Source: Lama glama (Eukaryota). Taken from it: 64,000 bases of DNA. A model generated the notes under the pieces. The model did no database searches, was not told the DNA's origin, and saw nothing but the letters and a program-made list of their open reading frames with translations. The DNA lies in NCBI GenBank assembly GCA_028534125.1, contig CM052816.1, positions 4,156,001 to 4,220,000 of the forward strand, in the 5' to 3' direction. This document shows, one piece after another, positions 25,780 to 39,950 of the stretch. The stretch's first letter is position 1. Every line of letters starts with the position of its first letter. The position numbers were made by a program, and so were the translations under genes.

Positions 25780-25970
25780 GGCTTTCTGCAGCAATAAATG
25801 TGCATCATGTCGAAGTATCTGGAAGATACACACACCCAACAAGTACTAATGGGGCAAGGAATAGGCCAGAGGGTGGGGATGCAAGTGTAAAATTCCTCTC
25901 TTCTTCATTACAGGAATTTTACAAAAAGAATGTTGTAATATCTATTTATACAGTAAAAAAAAATGACTAA
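25098..25970 (+). mobile_element. Composite of LINE-1 3' fragments (old L1ME-like host plus younger pieces) with a (TA)n/(CA)n repeat
   Basis: cttatatgtggaatctgaaaaaaaggacacaaatgaactta; atcttgattgtggtcgtggtttt; microsatellite at about 25710-25780. Confidence 0.75.
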
Positions 25971-28900
25971 GACCATCAGTGTCTTAGGAACGTAGTCTGA
26001 AACCACTGATGTGCCACACGTAACAAATAAGCAAATCCTCCACCTAGTTCCAAGTTTCCGTTCATGAGCAATCTCTCAAACACTAGGCAGTTATCCTTTT
26101 AGGAAACTCAGCCATTTATTTTTAACTTTAGAACATCCACCAAAAATACACATTTTCATCCAATCCTGCCTTTGCTGGGCTCTGAGAAAGTGATGACCAC
26201 GTTAGTGCCTGTTTTAAATAAAAATGATCACCACCAGCAGCACATCCCAACCACCCTACAATCTTGAAGCAGTTTGTCTGTGAACAGTCCTGGAGAAAGG
26301 GGGAAAAAACTTTACAATGGTTCACATTTCTTCTTGAAAAGAAAACAAGAATGCTCCTTGGAAAGCTAAAACACATTGAAAGAGGAAGGTGAGGATAGAG
26401 ATCACTTCCAACAATGTTCAGTTATAAGGAAGAAGAAAGGTGTCTTGCAGATCTCCTCCGTAAGTGTCTCTGGGACTCCTGTTTCCAGAAGCTTCACACC
26501 ATCGCCACCAAATTAAGAGGAAATGGGTTGAGGAGATCAAAGCAGCGAAAGCAAATTGTCCATTCCCTCCTGGCTGCCTCAGAAGTCATTACTGAGCATA
26601 TTCCAGAGGATAATAAATAAAACTGATTGGGTGTGTGGCTAAGAGCAGTGAAGGAACCTGGAGTGCCTTTAAAGAGCATTGTGCTGAGAGAACAGTATTA
26701 AAAAGTGAGGGATTTCCTCTCTTCACATTTAAATGCGGCGGCTTGGGAGAGAAACCATACTTGAAATGGATAGGAGTAATTTTCCATCATTATGGAAACC
26801 TTAAACGACCTCTGACTGCTTAGACCGTCATCTCCTGGCATCCTAGTAAATTGCAGTTATTTGTTCCAAACAAACAGAAAGGGCCGTGGTAAAATGGAGC
26901 AATTTGAGGCTGGAAGAATACGACACCTGTAATTCAATTTCATGGCAGCTGGTTTCACAACATGCTCCTCTACCTCTGCTTATGACACAGGAAACTTCCC
27001 TCCAAGTGTAACAAGTCTTCTCTCACTAAGCCCAGGGCTCAAGATGATAAGTGGACCTTAAATGGACAGAGACACTCATCACAGGGGAGGCATAACTCAG
27101 CTTCAGTTCCCCAGGCTGCTTGACAGCCACTAGGCGTTGAGGCGACCAGCGAATTATTAAACTCTCTCAACTTGGAGCGTGAAACGAGGGAAGACGCTAG
27201 AGGAAAGAAGTGATCCGGAGAAAAACTACCCACCAATGATCACAGCAAATCTCCAGTGTGTGAGACAGCAAAGAAGGAGCTACACAAAATACGTGTGGGT
27301 TTCTACAGATGTATTTATTTAGAAAACCTAAACTGTCCTTTGTAAGAGAACTGAAAATAAAACGCACGACTGGTAATAGCAACAGCTGGTGAAACCTTGA
27401 TTGGTGGAATGGAAGCTCGAGAAGTCAGTCGACATTAGGTGACTGTCTGCTGTCTGATGCAAACCAGTATTACTATTGATATTAACACCAAAATTAGTAG
27501 TAATACAAACAAAACAAAACAAAACAAATTAGTAGTAATACTGGGCAACTCTGAGCAAGCACTTACCCTTAGGACTGCTACTGTCACTCTCGTTTTAAAA
27601 AGGAGAGAAGTGAGGCTCACAGAGGTTTCATATTCACTCAAAGGCACACAAGCAGGTGATTCAAACCCTGGCAGAGTGATACACGCCATGTCGCATCCCA
27701 CAGTCTCCCGAATCCCAATGTGGCTCAAGGGAATGTTTTCAAAATGCTGCCATGAAAACAGAATTCTGACTTCTGGCTAGCGTTTATAAGTGCCATCCCT
27801 CACAGTGCCTTATCAATTTCCTGTATCCCCTCTAGTAGTAAGAAAGGGTATTATTACCCTCATTTTAGATGAGGACACTGAGACTCAGATAAGCCAGAGA
27901 ACTTGCCCCGGTTTTCCCATCTGGCAGGGGAAGATACAGAACTTGATCCCAGAGTGTGAAACCAAACTTTGCTTTCTCTGTGGCTCTGAGACTGGAATAC
28001 ATGTCAACATTTAGGATGTTGAAGTCAAGTTGGTGTGGACTCACACTGGCTGGGTGGGCACTTATTTAAAAGGGTGGTGGTTCAATAGGGATTTGACAAG
28101 AATACATATAACATAAGACTCCCAGATACTTCTCCTGACATCAAGAAATTTCTCCAGGTTTGTGTTTTAAGTGAATGGATGCTGTTTTAAGACATTTAAC
28201 AGATTTGCAAACATTTACCGACAATTAAAAAAATAGCTTTAACTCAAAGAAGCAAAACTATCACTTTAGGAAGAGAATACAGGCAGGGAAAGTCTCTTTC
28301 CTTCGAGGCCTCCTACCCATATTTATTAACATTAGCTAAGCAATACGGCAATAGAGAGAAGTGTAGTGGGAAACAAGGAAGAACGTCCCAATTGCAATGG
28401 CTAGAGATTTATCCACTGTGCATCATTAGCTGCAGGCAGGATCTGAACTATGATAGACATAGAGGCGAAAACAGTCCCTAGCAGGGAAGATCCTTCATCT
28501 GCTGGGAGGGGACCAGGGTCACGAAGCAAGTGCCTCTAATAGTGAGAAGTAGGCTAAAGGCTCGGATGCATTGGGGAGACAGATGTTGGTACAGGACCAT
28601 ATACCATGGAAATCTACTTAAGACAAAGGGAAGGACTGCAAAGCAAGATCTAGGCCCAGCATTGCAGAAATTAGAGAGAATGTTTAGGATCAACACATGC
28701 ATCTTCTGTTGTACAGGACAAGAACTGCAGAGTCTGTCTCAGCATTCTGAGAGTAGGCAATGGGCACTCTGGCCCCATTCTCTGAAAGTTGCTTCAACAG
28801 TCCTCACCCCCTTGCAATCAGTCAGTCATGAACAATTCTAGAACCTCCCTGTTTCGCCAGACAGGGTTGCTACTACGCTCCAGGGTTGGATGTCCCAAGA

Positions 28901-29819
28901 CCCAGAAGGAATGTGAAATCTACCCTGACATGCACCTACATGAGTCGCGGGGGGAAGTTACACATACAGGTGGGAGCTGAATGGCCTTTCCTTAGTAGAG
29001 CTGGACAGCTATGCCAGGTGCTGACCCATCAGCAGGGATGCAGGAGTTCTGGCCACGCGATGCAATGAAATTGCATGGCCTTCCTAGTCACAATTTTCCA
29101 TCCAATCCTAGCTCTGTCACAGACTGTGCATTCTTAGTCCATTCTTAGAGGCCCAGCACCCTTATCTTTGTACCGAGAAACCTTAATAAGTGTTTTTAGA
29201 TTAAATTAGCAAGTGGATATTTATTGCAGAACACAAAGCCAGCACATCAGATAAACCCATAAAAAGTGCCTCCTTCCCTTCCCACCTTCATGGCAGAAAG
29301 GAAGACAATGAAGTACGTCTTGGCCAAAAGGAAATATCCAACTATCTTAAGGAGAAACAGCACTCTGGTCATAAAATCATAGAAAAGCAAAACAGATCTC
29401 AAATACATACAGATGGTTCTCCTCTGCCTAGAGCATTAAGTGACTGTAAAAGAAACTAGCCAAGCACGTTTGCAGGCATCTTCACCAAAATCTTCCAAAG
29501 AAATCAAGTCAGGCACAATGAGGGCTGTAGGGCTATGGAATATAAACAAAATCTGGATATTTGCAATGACACGCATCAAGGCATCAACTTTTTGGTGCTG
29601 CAATTTCAGGGGCTTTTTATTTTTCTGACTATTTGGGCTCATTTTTATTTAATGTGAAAAAAGATGAAAGAGTTGTGAAAAGTACAATGAAACAGTCAAC
29701 TTTGATTTTTTAACAGAGCACCTTCTGAGTACATCAGCACAAGAGCAGAAAAGAGAATGAAGAAGGCTGGGTTTCGTCCTCAGTAACAGATCACCTTTAT
29801 TAGATATGGAATTTTGTAC

Positions 29820-29990
29820 AAACCACTCCCTGAGTCTCAGTTTTCTTATCTGCAGAATGGGAAGCTTAAGAATAGTCATCTTTTCCTATGGAGGTCGTGA
29901 GGATTAAATGAGACAATACAAGAAATATGACTAGAACAACGCCTAAAATGAAGTTAGGGCTCAAGAAATGTCATCATCATCACCACTGTT
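29820..29990 (+). mobile_element. MIR SINE
   Basis: ctgagtctcagttttcttatctgcagaatggg...gtgaggattaaatgagacaat. Confidence 0.85.
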
Positions 29991-31259
29991 ATTGTCCTAA
30001 ATCATTCTGGGAGCCAGTGAGGGCAACTCTCAAGCAAAACAGGGAGGCTCAGATACACTGATCCATGGAATGGGGGATTTAATGACTTTTTGACTCATTT
30101 TAATCAGACACAGTTATAACCAGATAAATGCTTCAGGGAGAAACCAAGTAATTGATTTAATAAAATTAAGAATATAAATCTCAAAGCTTGCTGATGAAAA
30201 GTATTTGTCTTAAGATGCTACATTATTCCAGAGATACTGCCAGCGTTTGGAACTTTTGCTTGTTTTCCTTTTCAATTAAAGTCAATACACTTCTGTTGAA
30301 CGTGTGTGATGGGTTGGCTGATAAACTGGTCACTACGGAGGATCCAAAGACAAGCTTAGGAATTGCCTTAATGGTGTGTAAGGTACTTTCATCAACACTC
30401 ACAACGACAGAAAACCTCTGTCCTTGAATGTTCGCATTGATTATTGGAAACAGTTCAAATTAGCGCAGGGCCAGGAGCAGGCAGGTGACTAAACTGGGTA
30501 ATAGAACTGAGGCCTGCTCCTGAGTCAGATTTTCCTGTGTGCCTCAAAATAATTCTGAAAGTAATTTTTCAAAGGGCTTTTGCAAATGAGCATTGGCAGC
30601 ACTGCTGAAGTGAGCGCATGGATCACTAAGGTGAAAACTTTAAAAAGATAGCGTTAAGATTTTGATATTTAAGGGCTGGTGGTTTCATCAGGAACCAGTC
30701 TCTTAAAAACACCCTCCTGCATCAGAGCCCAGATTTTCTGCTTCCTTTGGGTCTTCCCATGCCACTTAGTCCTGTCTTGCATGCACAGTGCAGGCCCAAT
30801 CAAGCACCTACTCTACCACCCCACCCACGGTGAAGGATGCCCACACGGGGTGACCTATGCCTTGGCCCCGTTCATCTCCCTGAATGGCTCAGGGGCACTT
30901 TTTTATTTCAGTCTTGCCACACTCGGGTGAAGCGTGCACAGCCCGCTGCTTTGTACTGCTGCTGTATTTCCTGTTGCTCCTGCTACTGCCCTTCCAGCAC
31001 ACAGGCTTGCGGGGCTCATCAGAGGCACAGTAGCTGCAGAGAAACCACTGGAACGATGTCTAGCGGAGGGTACCAGGAGTCCTTACCACAATTCAGTAGA
31101 GCAGAAGGACAGGAAGAGTCTTGTCAGTGCCCTTTGCAGGCCAAAGCCCAAATACACACTAGACTGGTAATTAAGGTGTGGGCCCTGCAGGGAATGACAT
31201 ACACACCATAGACACGTTAAAGAACGGTATTCTTAAGTTCAGTAAGGCATCATAAAACA

Positions 31260-31490
31260 GAGTGATTAAGAAAATTAGCTCTTAGACAGACTTGAGTTTA
31301 AATTCTGACTCTACCCTGGACTGCTCGGTGACCAGGCACACGTCTTATCACCTCTCAAAGCCTCAGTTTTCTCATCTGTAATACAGGCATTCTAATGATT
31401 CCTGACTCACGTGGTGGTGCTGTGATTAAATGCAATAAAGCATCTGACGCACAGTAAGTGCTTAACAATTATTTGTACTTATGATTATTA
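31260..31490 (+). mobile_element. MIR SINE
   Basis: gcctcagttttctcatctgtaat...acagtaagtgcttaacaat. Confidence 0.85.
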
Positions 31491-33139
31491 TTAGAAAGCC
31501 TTCAGACCACAACCACTTGCTTAACTCCTTCTAGAAACCTGCTAAGTAACTTGCATGAGCTTTTCTCCATGTTCTCCACTTACTGAGCAGATAACTGAGC
31601 AGTCTCTACCATAACAAATACCATTCTGTTTTCATGTGTTTAAATTTTTTTAAATAGCTCTTTTCATTGAGAACCTGTATCTTCTGTAAAAGCTTGTATT
31701 AAGTGCAGATTTTTTTAACAAATGGTTCTACAACAGACCAAAAGCAAGACCAAAAAAAAATCCTACCTTGGGTTTAATAAATGCCTTACTTTTCTACTTT
31801 CTGAAATAACTGATAACTCTTGTTCTTTATTTCTGTCCAGTAAAGATTAAACCTTGCCAGGTGATAGGAGGTGAGCAACATATAGCATGGCTAATTGGAT
31901 TTTTAATCTCCACTAGTCCTCATCATAAAGTACCCGCAGGGTTTGTTAGCTGCAATGTTCAATAGCCGGCCAATTAAACGCCAAAGGAGTAACTGGTTAC
32001 CTGGATAGCTACAGCGATTCATACTTTGTTTTCAGGGAAACATTTTAAATCATTTCCCATCTAAAGTATATAGATTAAAGCTGGAGCTGAATTAAAATGA
32101 AAAATGTAAATACTCATCAGGCAAGGAAAATTATTTTTAAAGACTCAATTGAGATCTAATTGCTCAAAAATTAAGGGGAGCATATTTGTCTGTCTTTAAG
32201 CAAGGCATACCTCTCCAAATATTAGCTACTGAATTACAGAAGCAACTAGGCAGGAATCTGAGGCAAGTGAAAGGTCAGCTGGGTTACTCCTGATAGGTTG
32301 CCAGAACCTCAAAAACTTCCGTTAGTGAAACTGACAGGAAAAAGGTTATAACTAACCATTGTGTCCCTGAAAGTTCTAATTACTGGATTCACAGCTTTTC
32401 TCCCAAATCATTCTTAGCCCCATCATCATATCATCAGAATGCCTGAGTGAGACGTGGAATTTCCAGTTACAGTCATGGAATCACAGGGACACAGGACACA
32501 GAGCCAAAGCTGGAAACCTCTGGTTGTTGTGTGTGTGTCTGCTTCAGCATTCTGGGACAGAAGCTGGAGCCCTGGGGAGGGTATAACCTGGTCCTGGAGA
32601 GAGCCTCTTGCATGAGGACCCTGTAGATACGCAGACAGAAAGCCAGGGCCTAGTGATTATCTTTGTGGAAGTCTTAAATCTGCGCAACACCCCAATGCCG
32701 GTGCTCCTAGAGACGTTAGGCTTTAGGCTTGGTGAGGCAAAATGGGTTCACCACTCCCCTTTCAGGTGCATTTAATTTTTTTCTGAATATGAATTTTAAC
32801 TAAACCATCTTAAAAATGACTGTCTAGGGTGAGCTGGGGGATGATAGGTTTTTACTGTTTCTGTCAAAGGATCTGCTCAGAGACCGTGGAGTTGGAGCCT
32901 GATCAAAGGGAGAGAGATGCTGGCCTGAACTCTGCACCTTATGCTGCGTAAAAGCCATCCAGCCCACCTGGCCTGGGGCCAGGACATTGGTGCCCCACCC
33001 CCGATGTGAGCCAGCCCCTCAGAGGTCAGGAAAGGCTCTGTCAGTCCCTCTGAGGGCCTCCCCTGGGCCCTGGCAGGGCCGGGCTTCTAGAAAAGGAGAT
33101 GGATGTTATCTTGAGCATCAAAGGAGAGGTGCAGAGAAA

Positions 33140-33280
33140 ACATGAGAGAGGGAGGCAGAGACAAAGGAGGGAGAGCAGGAGGAGGAGGGAGGAAGAAGAG
33201 GAGGAGGAGGAGAGAGCAGGGAAGGGAAGGAAAGCACCGAGGAGGGGAGGAGAGGAGCAGGGACCACGGGAGAGGAAGAC
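33140..33280. repeat. Polypurine (GGA/GAG)-rich low-complexity tract
   Basis: gagcaggaggaggagggaggaagaagaggaggaggaggagagagc. Confidence 0.9.
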
Positions 33281-33449
33281 CAAGTCAAGTCTTTGGGATT
33301 AGGCCCTGGGAAACTCTACAGAACCACAAAATCTCTGGTTTTGATCCATAATCAGTGATTTTTGTTTGTTTTTGACTAAAATACGTTTTTTTTCCTCTCT
33401 AGCCCTAGGACAAGGGCTTTGGAGTCAAACGTCACAGTTTGAAAGCTCA

Positions 33450-33611
33450 ACCATATAGGACAGGGAGCTGTATTCAGGATTTTGTAATAACTACAACGAA
33501 AAAGAATGTAAAAACTAATCTATGTTTGTGTATGTATGACTGAAACATCATGCTGTACACCAGAAATTCATGCATTGTAACTGACTGTACTTCAATTAAA
33601 AAAAAAAAAAA
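33450..33611 (+). mobile_element. Young 5'-truncated L1 3' end inserted into a MIR
   Basis: atgctgtacaccagaaattc...ctgactgtacttcaatt(A)n, with MIR halves on both sides. Confidence 0.85.
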
Positions 33612-35636
33612 GCCTAGACAAGAACCTTCTGAAATCCAGTAGTCTGTGACCTTGCGAAGATCAGTTAATCCCTCAGTGTCTCAGTTTCTGCAAATGGAAA
33701 CCAAATGGCAGAATACATCCCCCTTTCTTGGAGCTGCTATGAGAGTTGACTAAGTAAATATGTAGGCTGCTTAGTGTACTGCCTGCTATGTAGTGTGAAA
33801 CAGAAAATCTCTCTATTACAACGGCACTACTAACACTTTCAAGTCATATTTTTTTAAATAAAAAAACCTCCTAAAACATTGATTGTAGGTATAAAATGTT
33901 ATTCAGCACTTACTTAAATCTGAGCCACCCAAAGTTACTCTAAAAGCAGCTCCACAAAGGAGGCTCACATATCAAAGACAAGAAAACAAAATAGAAACAT
34001 TTCAAACCTGTGAAGTTGGAGGGTCTTAGGACAATAAGACACTATTCAAAGAGAAAGATTCCACTGAGAGAAGTTAAGTGCCCAGACCCCCTCTGTTGTA
34101 AGCTGTATGAAATGGGGGGACATATTAAGCAATGTCTCCAGCCCGGACTCAGGATTAAAACCTGGAGAAACCATAGGGAAAGGAACCGAAGAGAGGATGA
34201 AAGAGACGGTTCAGCGCTGGCCCCGGGCACCTGGCAAAGGGCCTGGCTCATAACTATGAGCGGAATAAACACATGGATGAAGAAACAGGGAGAGAAGTAC
34301 GGATGACTGTGAAAGGCTGCTTAACATATTCAGCTCTGTCAATTAAACTGCGAAGTCAGGCCAGGGACCCATAAATGACCTCACTGTAGCCAAGTGGTAC
34401 AGTAAGGTTTCCACAGTTGTTGGTAAACTTGCATTTGGGCAGACCTTGAATTGTATGCACTGAAGTTCTGTTATGGAAAAGGAGGCAGAGACAGAAGAAA
34501 AGGGTGAGGGATGTGGTCTTTGCAGAAGAGACTCCCAAATTTGGGGGTCTTGGGGACAGCATGGTCCTGGAGTGGAATACGTGAAGAGTTTCACTTGGGG
34601 TTAAGAGGAGAAATTCCTCCTCCTTCTCAACACAGCATTTATCAGAACAGCCACCCAGGCCCACTATGTGTATTCTTGTGACAGACACAGGGACTCCTGC
34701 CTACAGGACTTCAGCTCTTCACAGCAAAACTTGCAGGCACGGGTTATTTTTCATCTCACGAGTGAAGAAGCCAAGGCTTGGACTTGCTAACTACACAATA
34801 TTTCTAGTAAATGATTAAACCGGGACTCAGATGGTGCTCTGAGTCAAGATTTATGCATTTGACTTTTTTTTTTTATTGTCACCATGCTTATATTCATTCA
34901 GGGATATTCACTGTCTGCCTCTATTAGATGCAGTAAGTAACATTATCTCCTGATAAGGAGAAGGCACTGGTCTTGCTCCTCAAGGAACACAAATTCTGGA
35001 TGGGAATTTGATGCATGAGGTGGAAGGCAGAAGAGAGGAGCGGTGAAGGGTGGACTCTGAGCATCTGTCTGGTTTCTTCCCCATCTCTGCCTTTCTCCAG
35101 CCGTGGGACCTTGGATATTTCACGCCTTTAAAGCCTCACTTCCTACATCCGTAACATGGAAGTGACAGTAATGTTAATAGCTGTCTATCTCCTTGTCGTG
35201 TTGCAAGGATTCATTTAGTCCATGCATGTCAAATACATAGAACAGGAACCAGCGCAGGACAGGCAACCGATGGAAGTTAACTTTCATTAATATAGTGCTT
35301 CAGAGTTTAAAAACTGCTTTTATATATATTACTCATTGCAACCCACACAATTCTCGGAGGCAGGTAGGAGAGATCAGAGCCTTCAGCATCTGCCTAATAA
35401 TACTATTCCATTATCCCCGTAAACTCATCCCCCATTGTCCTAGAGGACTTCCAAAGCTTTTTCTCTCTTCTTACGCTGTTCACCTCCCTCCTGACTTTAT
35501 TGAGAAAAATGAAATAATGAGAAAAAAAAAAAACCAAACTTCCACGAGTTCCCGGCATCACATGTCTCTACCCCTCTGAACCTGTGCCAGCTCTTGCTTT
35601 CTGTGCTGTGATGGATGCTGTGTTCATGCTCCCACC

Positions 35637-36072
35637 TGTGGCTGGCAGAATATTGGCCCCCTAAAGACATCCACATCCTGACCCTCAGAACCTATGAATA
35701 TGTTACATTATACAATGAAGGGAAACAAAGGTAGCAGATGGAGTTAAGGCTGCCATTCAGCTGAATAGGGAGATGATTCTGGAGTATTTGGGTGGATCCA
35801 ATGTAATCACATGGAACCTAAAAGTGGGAAAGAGAGCCGGAGAAGAGCCAGGTCAGAGTGATTCGATGGGAGGAGGACCTGACCCACTGTGGCTGCCTGT
35901 GAAGATGAAAGAAGATAGCCATAAGCGAAGGAATGAGGGTAGCCATTACAGCTGGAAAAGGCAAGGACATGGATTCTCCCTTAGAGCCTCCAGAAAGGAA
36001 CGCAGCCCTGCTGACACCTTGATTTTGGTCCAGTGAATCCCATTTCAGACATCTGACCTCTGGAACTATAAT
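35637..36072 (+). mobile_element. MLT1D-like LTR
   Basis: tgtggctggcagaatattggcccc...agagcctccagaaaggaacgcagccctgctgacaccttgatttt. Confidence 0.9.
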
Positions 36073-36269
36073 CTTGCCTTCAGGCAGGGAGCCAGGCTCC
36101 ACTGATAACAGTTCCATGCAGGCTGCTCTGGGAGAGAGTGTGACCTTGGAGGAGGCAGTTACCAAAGAGGGAATCAGCTGAGTTCCCAGCAGGGAACGAA
36201 TGCATCAGGACCGGTGCGGGAATCTGAGCAGCACACCATAGCATCCACTACAGGGACTTTCTACTTTCT

Positions 36270-36628
36270 CCTTCCTCCATCTGAAATGCTTTCCCGCCAG
36301 ATACATGTAAGCCTCTCTTTTTCAACTCCTTCAGACCTTTATCAAATGTCACTTCTCAGTGACACCTTCCTTGACCAAACTAATCAAAACTGCATGAGTT
36401 TTCTGCCCCCGGCATTCTCTGTCCCTTTCCTGATTTACTTTCCCCCATGGCACTTATCCAATACACTTTACTACTTCATTATTTTGTATTATAATCTCTC
36501 TCCCTACACTAGGTTAAAATCCCTGAGGGTGAGGACGCTGGTCTTTACTGTTCACTGCTTTACATCCAACACTCAGAACAGCACCAGATCTCTAAAGAGA
36601 GTCAATAAATATTTGCTGAATGACTGAA
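36270..36628 (-). mobile_element. LINE-2 3' end
   Basis: tcaataaatatttgctgaatgactgaa terminus. Confidence 0.8.
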
Positions 36629-37570
36629 CAGATGAGAAAGCAGAGGATTAGAGAAGCTACATATGTACCCAAGGTCATACAACAAGTGTGAAAAACTAGC
36701 GAGATTCTGGATATAAATCTTGGATTCAAAGCCTAGTGCTCCAAAATTTCCTTGAACAATCAAAGTATCCTCCCTGACCTGTCTTCATATGTTGTAACTA
36801 AGCATGAAGAAATGATCAAAATGGCACTGTTGATTCCCAATTGAAAAACAAATTAGGTAGGAAGGGAGAGACAATATTAGAATATAGTCAGTAATGAGTG
36901 GGTCATATTTTGACTCAAAATACATCACTTAATCCATTTGAAAATATTGTCATAGAATATTTTTCATTCAACAAAAGCATGTGGCACGTATTACATGACA
37001 AGCACTGTACTGGGCTCTGGGGATAAAGCTGTTGAAACAACAGCTTCTTGGCTGTTACTTCCTGGGCTTCTGCTGGCTTTATTCTGTAACATAGACTTAG
37101 GCAATAAGATATATGTGTATCAAAATGGAAAAATGCTACTCATCTGAAATCAAACCTCCCCCTAAGACTGATATCTAATTTAAAAAGCACAGATTTCCTA
37201 ACTCATGTTCTGGAGTGTATCTGAAGTAATGAAGAGCGCTAGTATTTGAGCAAAATATTAGTTAAAAGGAAGAAAAAAGTCACTGAATATCCTGAGAAAA
37301 TGTTAATTGAACAGAAGTGATTTGAATTATAAAGACTGGAAAATGCTTTTGCTACTCAAGTTCAGTGTTATTCATGCATGGAGGCTTCCCCAGTAGCAGA
37401 GGAGCAACTAACACACATTTTTAAACACACTTTGAAAATTACCCTGTCTAGTCACTCACATTTTACCCCAATATGTCCTTTAATCTTTGGCTCTTAGCAA
37501 TGCCATGTTATTAACATTGTAGCTCCTCTCTACATCCAAATGGCCCAAGAAGCAGGGAAGGTAAGTCAAC

Positions 37571-38017
37571 TGCGTTGAACAGCAGCCCCTCCCCCAAGAG
37601 ATATATCTAAGTTCTATCCTGTGAATATAAACTTATTTGGGAAAAGGGGTTTTGCAAGATATAATAAAGAATCTTGAGATGCGTTCATCTGAGTAACATC
37701 TAAATTCAATGACAAAGGTCCTTATAACAAGAAGAGAAGACAGAGGAGGAGAAACAGTGACACAAAGAAGACGGCCATGTGAAGACAGAGGCAGAGACTG
37801 GAGTTACACTATCACAAGCCAAGGAACACCTGGGGCTACCGGAAACTGAAAGAGACGAGGAATGATTCTCCTCTAGAGCCTTTGGAGGGAGCATGGCCTT
37901 GCGAACACCTTGATTTTGGACTTCTGGCCTCCAGAACCATAGAAGAATACATTTCTTGGTGGTTTGAAACCAGCAAGTTTGAAGTAATTTGTTACGGCAG
38001 CCCTGGGGAACTCATAC
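37571..38017 (+). mobile_element. MLT1B/C-like LTR
   Basis: ggccatgtgaagacagaggcagagactggagt...aatttgttacggcagccctggggaactcatac. Confidence 0.9.
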
Positions 38018-39361
38018 TGTCAGTATTCCCAAAATGATGAAAGTAAACCCCAGTGCCTTCATTATCTTCCACACAAGCTCAAAGTCTGAGCACTCGTCAT
38101 CTGTCAGAGAAGAATCTCTATGCATCTGCAGTTTTGATTCCTTCTCCTCAGAGCTGATTAAATCTAGCCTGATTTTTTTTTTAAGTCAGCGTTCCATTGG
38201 TCATAGATGTTCCTAACTTCAAAAATAATCTTGTTTCAAACAAGCCGGCTGCCAAGTCAATAAAATCGCCTCCTGCAAGCAAGTAATATCTGTGATAGAG
38301 TCGCAAGAAACAGCAAGAGGGAACTAAATCATGACACGAATACCTCAGCCCATGCCACACCCCCTCCCCCCAGATGAACCAGAGGGAACGGAGCACTGAA
38401 GCTGTGGGAGGAGAGCCAACCCAAGCAGAGCAAGGATGCAATTTCAACGGGATACTGAAGAGAGCATTCTAAATTTTAAAAGTGGAAATGCAATTATTTC
38501 CATGTCCGCCTCCTCCAACTATTACCAGTAATACTTATTCCTTTTCCTTTGAATCACAAAAGTGCTCACCGCCAATACTCTGTATAGTACACTTGATTCC
38601 CTATAGATCTGCATTGCCAGTTAATTGTTACACAACTGTCTTTATAGCTAATCCAGTAAGCTGTTTGAGGATAGAGATGATCCTATATTTTCTTCTATCT
38701 CCAGTTTCCTTTCAGAGCCAATAAAGAGGAGATCATTAAGAGATAACTACTAATAGACTTATATATACATATGTGTGTGTATATATATAGATATAGATAT
38801 ATATTTATTTCTGTTCATAAGCTTCTGCTCTAATACTATAACTATTTTGACTAGTGAACATCAAAGCAATGGTATGTCGGTGTATGAACACATCTACAAA
38901 TAGGCAGCACACTCCTATAATGTGTCTACACAACTCCTCTCCTCCACCACATGTGCGTGCACACGCACACACACACACACACACTAACACACAGCAGATA
39001 TATTTGACCCTAGATCAATTCTGGAAAGAACTATCATCACATATAAGTGTGCTAACAGTAAGTTATGTAACTATTTCTCACAAAGGAGAACCAGAAATAT
39101 GACAGTGTGTCCAATACAGCCTACAATGGAGTGCTTGCACAAATAATATTGGAACTGAAAGTCAAATGTCCAAATGTGAAATATTGCACGTCGTGTTGTA
39201 TATAATGTGCTGTAAGTCCACCCTGGTTCAAGAATACTTCAAATACTTTGGGAAAAATTCATAATAACAATGTTAATTTGGCATTTATTCTGGTCCAGCC
39301 TCTATTCTAAAAACTTTGCATTCACTGAATTTGTGTATTTATTAAATCATCAAGTACTTAC

Positions 39362-39950
39362 AGAGTGCATCATTTTGTGTCAACTTGAGTGGGCCCAGGA
39401 GTGTCTAGACATTTGGTCAAACTTTACTCTGGGTGTTGTGTGAGAGGGCTTCTGGGTGAGAGTAACATTTAAATCAGTGGCCAGAGTAAAGCAGACTGCC
39501 CTCCCTAATGTGGGTGGGTCATCCTATCACGTGAAGACGTGAACAGAACAAAAAAGGCAGAGTGAACGGAAACTCCTCCTGCCTGCCTGATGGAGCTGGG
39601 ACATTGGTCTTTTCCAATCTCTGGACTCAGATTAAAACATCGCTCTTCTTCGGTCTTGAGCCTGTTAGCTCTTGGACTACAAAATACACCATTGGCTTTC
39701 CTGGTTCTCAGGACTTCAGACTCAGAATGAACTCCCCGCAGACTCTTCCACGTCTCCAGCTAGTCAGCTGCAGATCGTGGTACCTCTCAGCTTTGATAAT
39801 CATGAAGCCAGTTCCTTATAATAAATCTCTTTCTGTACATTTCTATAGGGATTATCACATAGGGGTTACATGTACATGTATATGTGTGTGTATGTGTATA
39901 CACACACCCCTCCCATTGTTCTCTTTCTCTGGAGGGCCCTGACTAATACA
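39362..39950 (+). mobile_element. MLT2 (ERVL) LTR
   Basis: tgtgtcaacttgagtgggcc...gagtaaagcagactgccctccctaatgtgggtggg...ccctgactaataca. Confidence 0.9.

Noticed and set aside
29008..29026. Partial REST/RE1-like motif
   Set aside because: The GGACAG half-site has two mismatches; not convincing.
30472..30522. 11-bp inverted repeat caggagcaggc/gcctgctcctg
   Set aside because: Short stem with a ~29-nt loop and no other support; too weak to call.
33041..33351. Glu/Arg-rich and Ser/Leu-rich ORFs
   Set aside because: Translation of a GA-rich low-complexity tract.
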